Shown one piece after another: positions 44,140 to 54,376 of a stretch of 64,000 nt of DNA (the first letter of the stretch is position 1; every line of letters starts with the position of its first letter). A program made the position numbers and the translations under genes. Under the pieces are notes generated by a model, which was given only the letters and a program-made list of their open reading frames with translations, had not been told where the DNA came from and did no database searches. This DNA is from Blastocatellia bacterium (GTDB lineage Bacteria > Acidobacteriota > Blastocatellia > RBC074). The stretch covers positions 2,825-66,824 of the forward strand of contig JBBQVH010000010.1 in assembly GCA_038211695.1 (NCBI GenBank), written 5' to 3'.

Positions 44140-45549
44140 ATGTTCGACAAGTTTCACGAAGAGTGTGGGGTCTTCGGCATCTACGGACGCGAAGAAGCCT
44201 CGCGGTTGTCCTATCTGGGGCTGTACGCGCTGCAACATCGCGGGCAGGAGTCCGCAGGCATTGTTTCTTCTGACGGGACACGGCTGTATTCCGACCGCGG
44301 AATGGGGCACGTCGGCGATATCTTCAAGGAAGAGAATTTGGTGCGATTGCCGGGTCGTCTGGCCATCGGCCACGTCCGCTATTCGACCGCTGGAAAGGTC
44401 AGCATCAACGAAGCGCAACCGTTCGCGGTCAAATGCAGCTTTGGCCAGATCGCGCTTTGCCACAATGGCAACCTGCCGGATGCGACCGAATCGCGCTACC
44501 AGCTTGAACAGGACGGCGCGATTTTTTCTTCCACCTCTGATACGGAAGTCGTGCTTCATCGCATCGCGCGTTCGCGCGCGGGCAGCGTGGTAGAAGCGAT
44601 TACCGAAGCCTTGCGGAACGAAGACGGCGCATTTTCGATGTTATTCGCCACGCCCAACAGCTTGATTGCCGCGCGCGATCCGCGTGGATTCCGCCCGCTG
44701 TGTATGGGCGAACTGGAAGGCGCGACGGTCTTCGCTTCGGAGACCTGCGCGTTCGATCTGATCGGCGCGAAATACGTGCGCGATGTTGCGCCGGGCGAGA
44801 TCGTCGTCGTAGATGACTTCGGCGTGCGCTCGCTGCATCCGTTCGCGATCAAGCCGATTTCGCATTGCATCTTTGAGCACGTCTATTTTTCGCGCCCTGA
44901 TTCGCTGGTGTTCGGGCGCAGCGTCAACAAAAGCCGCCACCTGTTTGGCCGCCACTTGGCGCGCGAATGCCCTGCGCCCGCGGACATTGTCGTGCCGGTG
45001 CCGGATTCGGGTGTCGCGGCGGCGATTGGCTTTGCGGCGGAATCGGGATTGAAGTTTCGCTTCGGACTGATGCGCAATCATTACGTCGGGCGCACCTTCA
45101 TCGAACCGCGATCTTCCATTCGTCACTTCGGCGTGAAGATCAAACTGAATCCGGTGCGTGACCTGATCGAAGGCAAGCGCGTTGTGCTGATTGATGATTC
45201 CATCGTTCGTGGCACAACTTCCAAAAAGATCGTCAAGATGGTGCGCGAGGCAGGCGCGCGCGAAGTTCACATGCGCATCAGTTGTCCGCCCACCATTGCG
45301 CCCTGTTATTACGGCGTGGACACGCCAACGCACAAAGAATTGATTGCCGCGCAAAATTCGGTGGATGAGATTCGCGACTATTTGGAAGCTGATTCCCTGG
45401 GCTATCTGAGCATGCAAGGGATGCTGGATGCGGTCGGCGATGGAGGCAACACAAAGTTCTGCACGGCCTGTTACACGGGCAAATACCCGACTCAGCTTGG
45501 CATGAACGTCCAGACGGCGAGCCAGCGCGAAGCGGTTGCGGCGGATTGA
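44140..45549 (+). CDS. purF: Amidophosphoribosyltransferase
   Basis: Propeptide then CGVFGIYG (Ntn Cys); PRTase motif VVLIDDSIVRGTT; C-terminal Fe-S cysteines (CYYGVDTP...CTACYTG). The ORF track extends upstream to 44002. Confidence 0.9.
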   Translation: MFDKFHEECGVFGIYGREEASRLSYLGLYALQHRGQESAGIVSSDGTRLYSDRGMGHVGDIFKEENLVRLPGRLAIGHVRYSTAGKVSINEAQPFAVKCSFGQIALCHNGNLPDATESRYQLEQDGAIFSSTSDTEVVLHRIARSRAGSVVEAITEALRNEDGAFSMLFATPNSLIAARDPRGFRPLCMGELEGATVFASETCAFDLIGAKYVRDVAPGEIVVVDDFGVRSLHPFAIKPISHCIFEHVYFSRPDSLVFGRSVNKSRHLFGRHLARECPAPADIVVPVPDSGVAAAIGFAAESGLKFRFGLMRNHYVGRTFIEPRSSIRHFGVKIKLNPVRDLIEGKRVVLIDDSIVRGTTSKKIVKMVREAGAREVHMRISCPPTIAPCYYGVDTPTHKELIAAQNSVDEIRDYLEADSLGYLSMQGMLDAVGDGGNTKFCTACYTGKYPTQLGMNVQTASQREAVAAD

Positions 45550-45602
45550 AGTTGAAGAACTGTTTGAGACGCGTAAGATGTTTTCCTGAAACGGAGGTCA
45601 TT

Positions 45603-45875
45603 ATGAGTCCGAGAGAAATCTTAGTTGAAATCGGCAAGCTACCTTTTACGGAGAGGCAGCGATTGATCGAAGCATTAACTGGCAATGGGACGGCATCGTC
45701 TCTGTTCAATTCTTCGGGTTCAATCAGCGAGGACGATTTCCATTTGCTTCTTCAAGCCAAAGGAGTGATCACTCTTCCCACTCTGACTGATTATACGGAT
45801 GAGGATGAGGATTTTGAGCCGATTGAAGTCGAGGGAGAACCATTGTCCGAGCAAATCATCAGAGAGAGACGTTAA
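45603..45875 (+). CDS. Putative type II antitoxin (partner of the downstream PIN toxin)
   Basis: Small acidic protein, GGAGG RBS, stop abutting the PIN gene start. The ORF track extends upstream to 45546. Confidence 0.5.
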   Translation: MSPREILVEIGKLPFTERQRLIEALTGNGTASSLFNSSGSISEDDFHLLLQAKGVITLPTLTDYTDEDEDFEPIEVEGEPLSEQIIRERR

Positions 45876-46339
45876 TGGCAGCCTACTTTCTGGACAGCAG
45901 CGCGCTTGTTAAACGCTACGCCCGCGAAACCGGCACGGCTTGGGTAGTCAGCCTTTTCAAACCGGCGGCGGCAAATTTTATTTACGCCGCGCGAATTACG
46001 TTTGTGGAGGTCGTTGCCGCGTTGACGCGACGAACGCGCAGCGGGCGTCTTGTGCCCACCGCGACTGCAAAGTCGCTGATCAGGTTCCGCCGCGCCTTTG
46101 CTGGGAAATTTCTGATTGTGGATGTAACGGCATCATTGGTTGAGAACGCAGCCGCATTGGCCGAAAAGCATGTCTTGCGCGGTTACGACGCCGTGCAGTT
46201 GGCGGCGGCATTGCAAATCAACTCAGATAGATTGGCCGCAGGCACATTGGCGATCACGCTCATCTCAGCCGACGTGACGCTCAATGCAGCGGCATTGGCT
46301 GAAGGCCTCGCGGTGGATAATCCGAATCATCATCCTTAA
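45875..46339 (+). CDS. PIN-domain toxin (VapC-like)
   Basis: YFLDSSALVKRY (the N-terminal PIN Asp), central D...VTASL, and C-terminal acidic residues. Length matches VapC. Confidence 0.7.
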   Translation: MAAYFLDSSALVKRYARETGTAWVVSLFKPAAANFIYAARITFVEVVAALTRRTRSGRLVPTATAKSLIRFRRAFAGKFLIVDVTASLVENAAALAEKHVLRGYDAVQLAAALQINSDRLAAGTLAITLISADVTLNAAALAEGLAVDNPNHHP

Positions 46340-46372
46340 TCAACAAGGCAACCAACTCCCTGACAATCGCAG

Positions 46373-47398
46373 ATGCGTTTTTTAAAGGTTCTTTTTGCCA
46401 TCGTGATCGTCGCCGGGATTGTCGCTGGTGTCATTTACTGGGTGCGCCGGCATCAGCAACCGATTCCGGTGCCCGTGCCATTTGAAACACAGGGCAAACT
46501 GCAAATCTTCGCACTCGACGTTGGGCAGGGCGATGGCTTGCTGATTATTTCGCCCGGCGGCAAGACGGTGTTGATTGACGCGGGGAACGCGCGTGCGGGC
46601 GATGGCGTTGTCGCTGCACTGCAACGCCGCAACATCCGGTCGCTGGATTTGGTTGTCGCCACGCATCCCCACGCCGATCATATCGGCGGTCTGCGGCGCG
46701 TGATCGGCAAACTGACAGTCGGCAAGCTGCTGGACAGCGGCCAGAATTTTTCCAGCGATGAATATGGCCGGTTACAGCGCGCAGTTAAAAGCCGGAAGGT
46801 TGAATTGCTGATCGCGAAAAAAGGCTGGACATACGATCTGGGCGCGGGCGCGAAGCTGGAAGCCTTCAATCCGCACGGCGGCAATCAGTGGATTACCAAA
46901 GTTCGTGAAGGCGGCAGCGCTGAAAACGCTAATTCTGTCGTCTTGCGATTAAGCTACGGCAATTTTGCGATGATCTTTACCGGCGATGCTGAAACCGAAA
47001 CGGAGGCTGAAATCTTGCGCGCAAAGCTTCCACTGGGCGCACAGGTTTTGAAGATTGGTCATCACGGCTCGCGTTACGCCACCAGCGACAAGTTTCTGAA
47101 TGCCGTTCATCCACAAGCCGCCATCATTTCGTGCGGCGCGGAGAATGGTTATGGTCACCCGTCGCAGCCGACGCTCGACCGATTGAAAAGATCGAACATT
47201 CAGGTGTATCGCACAGACCTTGGCGGCGAGATCGCCATTGTTTCTGACGGCAACACCTTTCAAATATTCCCAACGCGGCAGGCCAACGTCGCTTCCCTGT
47301 TTGAGGGAAGAGTTGGATTGGAGGATTTGCCAATCACGCAATTTCCAAAAGATGCCGCCGCCGCAAAAACATTATTGAAACAAAAAGAAATTGATTAA
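46373..47398 (+). CDS. MBL-fold metallo-hydrolase (ComEC C-terminal domain-like) with an N-terminal TM anchor
   Basis: IFALDVGQGDGLLI...VATHPHADHIGG...KIGHHGS...YGHPS is the metallo-beta-lactamase motif series. Confidence 0.7.
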   Translation: MRFLKVLFAIVIVAGIVAGVIYWVRRHQQPIPVPVPFETQGKLQIFALDVGQGDGLLIISPGGKTVLIDAGNARAGDGVVAALQRRNIRSLDLVVATHPHADHIGGLRRVIGKLTVGKLLDSGQNFSSDEYGRLQRAVKSRKVELLIAKKGWTYDLGAGAKLEAFNPHGGNQWITKVREGGSAENANSVVLRLSYGNFAMIFTGDAETETEAEILRAKLPLGAQVLKIGHHGSRYATSDKFLNAVHPQAAIISCGAENGYGHPSQPTLDRLKRSNIQVYRTDLGGEIAIVSDGNTFQIFPTRQANVASLFEGRVGLEDLPITQFPKDAAAAKTLLKQKEID

Positions 47399-47421
47399 CC
47401 ACCCACTCCAAACTTCAAAAT

Positions 47422-48459
<1,038 letters not shown>

Positions 48460-48527
48460 CCACGTACTGCTGCACATCCACTGTTGTCCACTTTCGTTTT
48501 ACCCAACTTCTTGATCGGGAGATTCAA

Positions 48528-51134
48528 ATGGGAAGATCGCTTTTTCATCGCGTGCTCGTATCCGTCTGTTTGTGTGGGCTGCTGCTGCCCGCGCCAGCTT
48601 TCGCGCAACAGTCGCAAGCGCAAACCAAGAAGTTTGACCTGACCATTGACAACATCATGCGCGGGCCGGATTTGGTCGGCTACGAACCGTCGCGGCCTTA
48701 CTGGTCACAAGACGGCCAGCGCCTCTATTTTCGCTGGAAGCGCGCCGGCGAACCGCGATTGAAAGAGCTTGATCTGTATGTCGTCAATCGCGACGGTAGC
48801 GGTTTGCGCAAGTTGACCGAAGACGAAGCGAAGCAGGCGCCGCCAGCGACGGGCGAGTTGTCGAAGGACAAGAAGCTGACGGTTTTTGCCGAAGACGGCG
48901 ACATCTTTCTGTACGACCACGCGAAGAACGAACGCCGCCCGCTTGTCAGCACAACCGAAGGCGAAGGCAGCCCACGCTTCACCGGCGATCAAAAACACAT
49001 TGTCTTCACGCGGCAGAACAATCTTTATTCGATGGCGCTGGATGGCGGATCGCTGGTGCAATTGACGGACGTTCGTACGGGTGGCGGTGCGCCTGAACCA
49101 GCGGCTGCGCAACGTGGCGGCGGCGGCTTTGGCGGAGGAAGGCAGGGCGGCGGCGGCAATGCAATTGGTCAGGGCGGTCAGGGCGGACAAGCTGGACAAG
49201 CTGGACAAGCGCCGCCGCAGACGAGCAGCAGCCAGGACTTCATCAAGAAAGAAGAGCGCGAACTGATCGAAGCCATCAAAGAGCGCGCGCAGAATCGTGA
49301 AGAGCAGGAGGCCAAACGCAAAGCGCGCGAAAAACGGAAACCGTTTACGCCTCCCGCCGGACAAAGCGTTGGCTCTTTGACGCTTTCGCCCGATGGCAAA
49401 CAGGTTTTGGCCACGCTCTTCCAACCTGCCGCAGGCGCGAAAAATATCATCGTGCCGAACTACGTCACCGAATCCGCTTACACCGAAGATATTCCTGGCC
49501 GCAGTAAAGTTGGCGACGCGCAAGGCCGCAGCAGCCTGACAATCCTTTCCGTTGAAACGGGCGAATCGAAGTTGGTGGATCACGGTCAGAAACAAACCAC
49601 CGCACAACAGACAGGCCAAACGCCAGATCAGGGACAAGCTCAAGGGCAGGGACAACAGGGACAGCGCCCACAACCGCGCGCTCAGGAACGCGACCGCGAT
49701 GTGCAATTGATGAATGCGCAATGGGCAGAAGACAGCAAGCACGCCGTGGTCATGGCGCGCGCAGCGGACAACAAAGACCGCTGGGTGCTGCTGGTAGACG
49801 CGGCGACGGGTAAAACGACGTCGCTGGATCACCAACGCGACGAAGCCTGGGTGGGCGGTCCCGGATCGTTCACGCTGGGCTGGCTGGCGGATAACAAAAC
49901 CATCTACTTCCAATCAGAGCGTGATGGCTGGGCGCACCTGTACACGGTTTCTGCCGATGGAGGCGAGCCGAAGCAACTGACCTCCGGCAAATTTGAAGTC
50001 TCCGACGTGCGGCTGTCAGAAGACAAAACGAAGTTTTATTTCACGTCCAGCGAAGGCAGTCCGTTTGAACATCACTTGTATTCAATGCCCGTCGCGGGCG
50101 GCACGCGAACACGCATCACGACAATGGCGGGCGAAAACAACGTGACAATCTCTCCGGATGAGACGATGCTGGCCATTCTGCGGTCATACAGCAACAAACC
50201 GCCAGAGTTATACATCGCGCCGAATAAGACGAACGCAGCCGCCAGTGAGATCAAACAGGTCACCACGTCGCCAACCGAAGAATTCTCAAGCTACAAATGG
50301 ATTGATCCGCCGATTGTCACCTTCAAGGCGCGCGACGGCGCGGAAGTGCCCGCGCGGTTGTACAAGCCCGTCAATTGGCGGCCTGGCGGCCCGGCGGTTT
50401 TCTTCGTTCACGGCGCGGGCTACCTGCAAAACGTCCACAAATGGTGGAGCAGTTATTTCCGCGAATATATGTTCCATCACTTGTTGATGGAACGCGGCTA
50501 CTTGGTAATGGATGTGGATTATCGCGGCTCTGCTGGTTATGGCCGCGATTGGCGCACGGGCATCTACCGGCATATGGGCGGCAAAGATTTAACCGACCAC
50601 GTGGACGCGGCGAAGTACCTGGTGGCCGAGCACGGCGTTGATCCCAAGCGCATCGGATTGTATGGCGGCAGCTACGGCGGGTTCATCACGCTAATGGCGA
50701 TGTTTACAGAAGCTGACGTGTTTGCGGCGGGCGCTGCGCTGCGGCCTGTCACCGATTGGGCGCATTACAATCACGGTTACACGGCGAACATCCTGAATGC
50801 CCCGCAAAACGACGCTGAAGCTTATAAGCTCAGTTCGCCGATCTACTTTGCTTCGGGCTTGAAAGGCGCGTTGTTGATTTGCCACGGCGTGGTGGACGTC
50901 AACGTCAATTTCCAGGATTCGGTCAGGTTGGCGCAGCGGCTGATTGAGTTGAAAAAAGAGAATTGGGAGCTGGCGATGTATCCGGTTGAAGACCACGGCT
51001 TTGTCCAGCCGGCCAGTTGGGCGGATGAGTACAAGCGGATTCTGAAGTTGTTTGAAACCAATTTGAAAAGCAGCGCGACTGTAACGCCAGTGTCTGCCAA
51101 TCCTAAGAGTTCAAACCGCAAGTCGCAGCGCTGA
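48528..51134 (+). CDS. Secreted S9 family peptidase (DPP IV-like, TolB-type propeller) with a Gly/Gln-rich low-complexity insert
   Basis: Signal peptide; catalytic GGSYGGF (Ser), HGVVDVNV (Asp) and EDHGF (His); insert GGGGFGGGRQGGGGNAIGQGGQGGQAGQAGQ encoded by caagctggacaagctggacaagc tandem repeats. Confidence 0.8.
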   Translation: MGRSLFHRVLVSVCLCGLLLPAPAFAQQSQAQTKKFDLTIDNIMRGPDLVGYEPSRPYWSQDGQRLYFRWKRAGEPRLKELDLYVVNRDGSGLRKLTEDEAKQAPPATGELSKDKKLTVFAEDGDIFLYDHAKNERRPLVSTTEGEGSPRFTGDQKHIVFTRQNNLYSMALDGGSLVQLTDVRTGGGAPEPAAAQRGGGGFGGGRQGGGGNAIGQGGQGGQAGQAGQAPPQTSSSQDFIKKEERELIEAIKERAQNREEQEAKRKAREKRKPFTPPAGQSVGSLTLSPDGKQVLATLFQPAAGAKNIIVPNYVTESAYTEDIPGRSKVGDAQGRSSLTILSVETGESKLVDHGQKQTTAQQTGQTPDQGQAQGQGQQGQRPQPRAQERDRDVQLMNAQWAEDSKHAVVMARAADNKDRWVLLVDAATGKTTSLDHQRDEAWVGGPGSFTLGWLADNKTIYFQSERDGWAHLYTVSADGGEPKQLTSGKFEVSDVRLSEDKTKFYFTSSEGSPFEHHLYSMPVAGGTRTRITTMAGENNVTISPDETMLAILRSYSNKPPELYIAPNKTNAAASEIKQVTTSPTEEFSSYKWIDPPIVTFKARDGAEVPARLYKPVNWRPGGPAVFFVHGAGYLQNVHKWWSSYFREYMFHHLLMERGYLVMDVDYRGSAGYGRDWRTGIYRHMGGKDLTDHVDAAKYLVAEHGVDPKRIGLYGGSYGGFITLMAMFTEADVFAAGAALRPVTDWAHYNHGYTANILNAPQNDAEAYKLSSPIYFASGLKGALLICHGVVDVNVNFQDSVRLAQRLIELKKENWELAMYPVEDHGFVQPASWADEYKRILKLFETNLKSSATVTPVSANPKSSNRKSQR

Positions 51135-51151
51135 TTTGTCTGTTGGAGGGG

Positions 51152-54109
51152 ATGCCGGTGGACAAGCCTATCGTTTTTATCAGCTACAGCCACGATTCAG
51201 ACCACCATCGAGAGAAAGTCCTCGCGCTTTCCGAGCGGCTTCGAGATGACGGGATCGAGACGCGCCTGGATCAATACGTGAACGGCACACCCACCGAAGG
51301 CTGGTCACGATGGATGCTCAATCAATTGGACGAAGCGGACTTTGTGCTGGTGATTTGCACTGAAACTTACTACAAGCGATTTCGCGGCTGGGATGAATCC
51401 GCCAAGGGCGTGGATTGGGAAGGCGCGCTGATTACGCAAGACATCTACAACAACAAGAGCAGAACGGTGAAGTACGTCCCCGTTCTGTTTTCAGATGATC
51501 ACCAGCAATTCATTCCCGAACCTATCGGATCAGTGACGCGGTATGTCTTAACTTCTGATTCCAATTACCAAGCGCTTTACGATTTTCTGCTCGGTCAAGC
51601 TGGCGTAGAACCTCGCGCAATCGGCGAACCCAAATTGAAACCCCGCCGCAAAGCCACGCCGCTCAGCTTCGACGACCAACCCACCCAATCCGCCTCAGCG
51701 CAGCGCGAACAGGAGTTGGCCTACCTGGACAATCTCAAGGCTGAACATCTGCGCAAGCTCGACCTATACACGCCAATCAGCGGCGGGTCGCAACAGCAGC
51801 GGCGCGTTCGCATGCACATCGTTTGCGACCTGGAATCGTTTAACAGGGAACAGCCGGTGCGTTCGTTTGTTGACGCTGTCGAAGAGCTTCACCGCATTCG
51901 GCACAGTTCTGGTAATTCCAAGCGCGCGGTTCTGCTGGGCAAACCGGGTAGTGGCAAAACAACCATCCTTTGGAAGTTGGCGGATGATCTGGTCGCCGCC
52001 GCGCGCAAAGACCCTGCGGCTCCGATCCCGCTGCTAATCCGATTGGGCTTCTGGGATCAATCTGACCAGTCCCTGTTTGAATTCGTCGCCGAACAATTGG
52101 AAGAAGTGGGCGGGCTTGGCGATTATCTGGGTTTGTTACTGGCGCAAAAACGCGCGGCGCTCCTGCTGGATGGATTGAACGAACTGCCCGTCGCTGAACG
52201 TCGCAGTAAGTATGCGCAGGTTCGGCAATTCATCGAAGCGCATCCGAAGTTGCTGGCCGTCGTTTCCTGCCGCAAAGACGATTACGCGCCTAATTACGAT
52301 TTCGACCTCGGCTGTGACCGCATCACCATCCTGCCGCTCGACGCCATACGAATTCGCCAGTTTGCGCTGAAATATTTGCCGGAACAGGGCGAAGCTTTCT
52401 TTTGGGATTTGGCCGGAAAAGACACGCGTGGTTATTACGACGATTTCATTGCCACGGTTGGCGCGCCAGATGAAGATCGCTTCTGGCTGGAGCCGCAACC
52501 GCCGCCCGATTTGAAATGGACGTACGACGGGGACACCGAAAACGAATACAGCTATTGGCCACAATGGATCGAACACCGCGATAAGACTGCCAGTTTGATG
52601 ATGTTGGCGTGCAATCCGTACATGCTCTCGATGCTGCTTTACATCTATCAAAAGCAAGGCGAACTGCCTGCCAATCGCGGCGATCTTTTTCAATGGTTTG
52701 TGGAGGTATTGCTGGAACGTGAAGGAATTCTGGCTGACGAGCAGAATCCGTTGGTTGCCGGGCTGGCGCAGGTGGCCTACGCAATGCAAAGCCAGCGCGC
52801 GCCCGGCAACGAAGACAACGAAAACAGTGAAGCAGAGGAAGGCAATGCGCTGACCGTGCTGCCACAAACAGAAGTGCGCAAAATCCTGGATGAACAGTCG
52901 CTCAAGCTGGCCGTCAGCGCCAGCTTGCTCAGTCCGGGTGAACAAGTGCGCTTCACGCATCAACTGTTACAGGAATACTTTGCCGCCTGCTATCTGAAAA
53001 GCCAGATGACCACGGCGCGATCCGATGCCTCGGCCTTCTGGCCGCCGGATCGCTGGTGGCAGCGCACCAACTGGGAAGAAGTCGCCATTCAACTCGCCGG
53101 TTTGTATCCCAAAGATTGCTCGGAAGTCGTCGAATGGATTGCGTCGGCCAACCCGAAAGTCGCCGCACAGTGTGCAACTCGCAGCGGCGCTGCTCCATTG
53201 CCCGCCGCCACGCTTGAAAGATTGCGCGAACAGTGGCGTCCGCGTCTGGAAGGCCCAACAAGCGACACTGAACTTAAAGCGCGCGTAGACATTGGATGGG
53301 CGATGGGATTGCTGGATTTGGACAATCGCCCGGGCGTCGGAGTTGTTGACGGTCTTCCCGACATTGCTTGGGTCGAAATTTCCGACGGCAAGTTCAAGTA
53401 TGGTGATAAGAGTGGATATGCCGCCAAGCCGCGCAAGCTGACGCTGCCTGATTTCTACATCAGTCGCTTTCCGGTGACGCAGGCGCAGTTCAAAACTTTT
53501 CTGGACGATCCGGAAGGTTACGGCAATAGGCAGCGTTGGTTTGAAGGATTGACAGAAGACGAAGACGACCGCCGGATCGAAGAACCTTATTTCAAATTCG
53601 CCAATCATCCACGCGACAATGTCACCTGGTATCAGGCGATGGCTTTTTGCCGTTGGTTGTCGTGGCGGAAAGGCACGACCCACGATCTGGACAAGGTGAC
53701 GGAATGGGCGGTGCGATTGCCAACGGAGTTTGAATGGGAGAAAGCAGCGCGCGGCACTGATGGACGGGTTTATCCATACGAAGGCGATTACGATCCGGCA
53801 AAGGCCAACACCGGCAACACCGGCATCGGCCAGACCAGCGCGGTGGGTATCTTCCCGGACGGTGCATCGCCTTATGGTGTGGAAGAAATGAGCGGAAACG
53901 TCTGGGAATGGTGTCTGAGCAGCCACGACAATCCTGCGGACAAGGCAGAAGATGAAGACTTGCGAACGGACGAAGCTCGCCTCCTGCGGGGCGGTTCGTG
54001 GATCGGCGATCTAGACTTCGCGCGTGCCGTCTATCGTAGCGGCCTTCATCCGGGCGGTCGTGTCCTCATTGCCGGTTTTCGGTTGTTGTTGGTGCGTCCC
54101 CCTTCCTGA
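51152..54109 (+). CDS. TIR - NACHT-type STAND NTPase - FGE-sulfatase (SUMF1-like) domain protein. Candidate anti-phage or immune receptor.
   Basis: N-terminal TIR_2-like segment (IVFISYSHDSDHH...FVLVICTETYYKRF). Walker A LLGKPGSGKTT and Walker B LLLDGLNELP. C-terminus RLPTEFEWEKAARGTDGRVYPYEG...SGNVWEWCLS...RGGSW, the FGE-sulfatase fold. ATG follows a GGAGGGG RBS, 17 nt after the peptidase stop. Confidence 0.8.
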   Translation: MPVDKPIVFISYSHDSDHHREKVLALSERLRDDGIETRLDQYVNGTPTEGWSRWMLNQLDEADFVLVICTETYYKRFRGWDESAKGVDWEGALITQDIYNNKSRTVKYVPVLFSDDHQQFIPEPIGSVTRYVLTSDSNYQALYDFLLGQAGVEPRAIGEPKLKPRRKATPLSFDDQPTQSASAQREQELAYLDNLKAEHLRKLDLYTPISGGSQQQRRVRMHIVCDLESFNREQPVRSFVDAVEELHRIRHSSGNSKRAVLLGKPGSGKTTILWKLADDLVAAARKDPAAPIPLLIRLGFWDQSDQSLFEFVAEQLEEVGGLGDYLGLLLAQKRAALLLDGLNELPVAERRSKYAQVRQFIEAHPKLLAVVSCRKDDYAPNYDFDLGCDRITILPLDAIRIRQFALKYLPEQGEAFFWDLAGKDTRGYYDDFIATVGAPDEDRFWLEPQPPPDLKWTYDGDTENEYSYWPQWIEHRDKTASLMMLACNPYMLSMLLYIYQKQGELPANRGDLFQWFVEVLLEREGILADEQNPLVAGLAQVAYAMQSQRAPGNEDNENSEAEEGNALTVLPQTEVRKILDEQSLKLAVSASLLSPGEQVRFTHQLLQEYFAACYLKSQMTTARSDASAFWPPDRWWQRTNWEEVAIQLAGLYPKDCSEVVEWIASANPKVAAQCATRSGAAPLPAATLERLREQWRPRLEGPTSDTELKARVDIGWAMGLLDLDNRPGVGVVDGLPDIAWVEISDGKFKYGDKSGYAAKPRKLTLPDFYISRFPVTQAQFKTFLDDPEGYGNRQRWFEGLTEDEDDRRIEEPYFKFANHPRDNVTWYQAMAFCRWLSWRKGTTHDLDKVTEWAVRLPTEFEWEKAARGTDGRVYPYEGDYDPAKANTGNTGIGQTSAVGIFPDGASPYGVEEMSGNVWEWCLSSHDNPADKAEDEDLRTDEARLLRGGSWIGDLDFARAVYRSGLHPGGRVLIAGFRLLLVRPPS

Positions 54110-54376
54110 TCACTGTTGGGGGCGGTGCGCGAAGCGCAGGTGCGACACGCGCAGAATCCGCAGTACGCCGAACAGATAGTTGTCCAGATTGCGAATGCCA
54201 TCGAGTTCAGGCGCGGCGAGCGTGAATTGAATAAACGCATCGTGCAGCAAGTCTTCCGCCTGCGCGCGGTCGTGATCGGTCAAATGCAGCGCCCAGCCGA
54301 GCAAGCGGTCGTAACGTTCAGCGAAATGCTCAGCGTGGCTCTTCAAAGCGGGATTGATCTTCAGCAGTTGTAACAT
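54110..54376 (-). pseudogene. ECF sigma-70 fragment (region 2 only), a truncated remnant
   Basis: AERYDRLLGWALHLTDHDRAQAEDLLHDAFIQFTLAAPELDGIRNLDNYLFGVLRILR is sigma-70 region 2. No region 4. Its stop abuts the STAND gene stop. Confidence 0.5.

Noticed and set aside
49100-49700. Possible CRISPR-like or short-repeat array in the GGQ/GQA coding repeats
   Set aside because: Repeats are 6-12 nt, in-frame and translated within a peptidase. No spacer structure.
48705-49913. 402-aa minus-strand ORF inside the S9 peptidase gene
   Set aside because: Antisense to a gene with signal peptide and catalytic triad. Low-complexity R/L/A-rich.
52136-53926. Two long minus-strand ORFs (275 and 319 aa) inside the TIR-NACHT-FGE gene
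   Set aside because: Antisense to a gene whose three domains are recognised in order on the plus strand.
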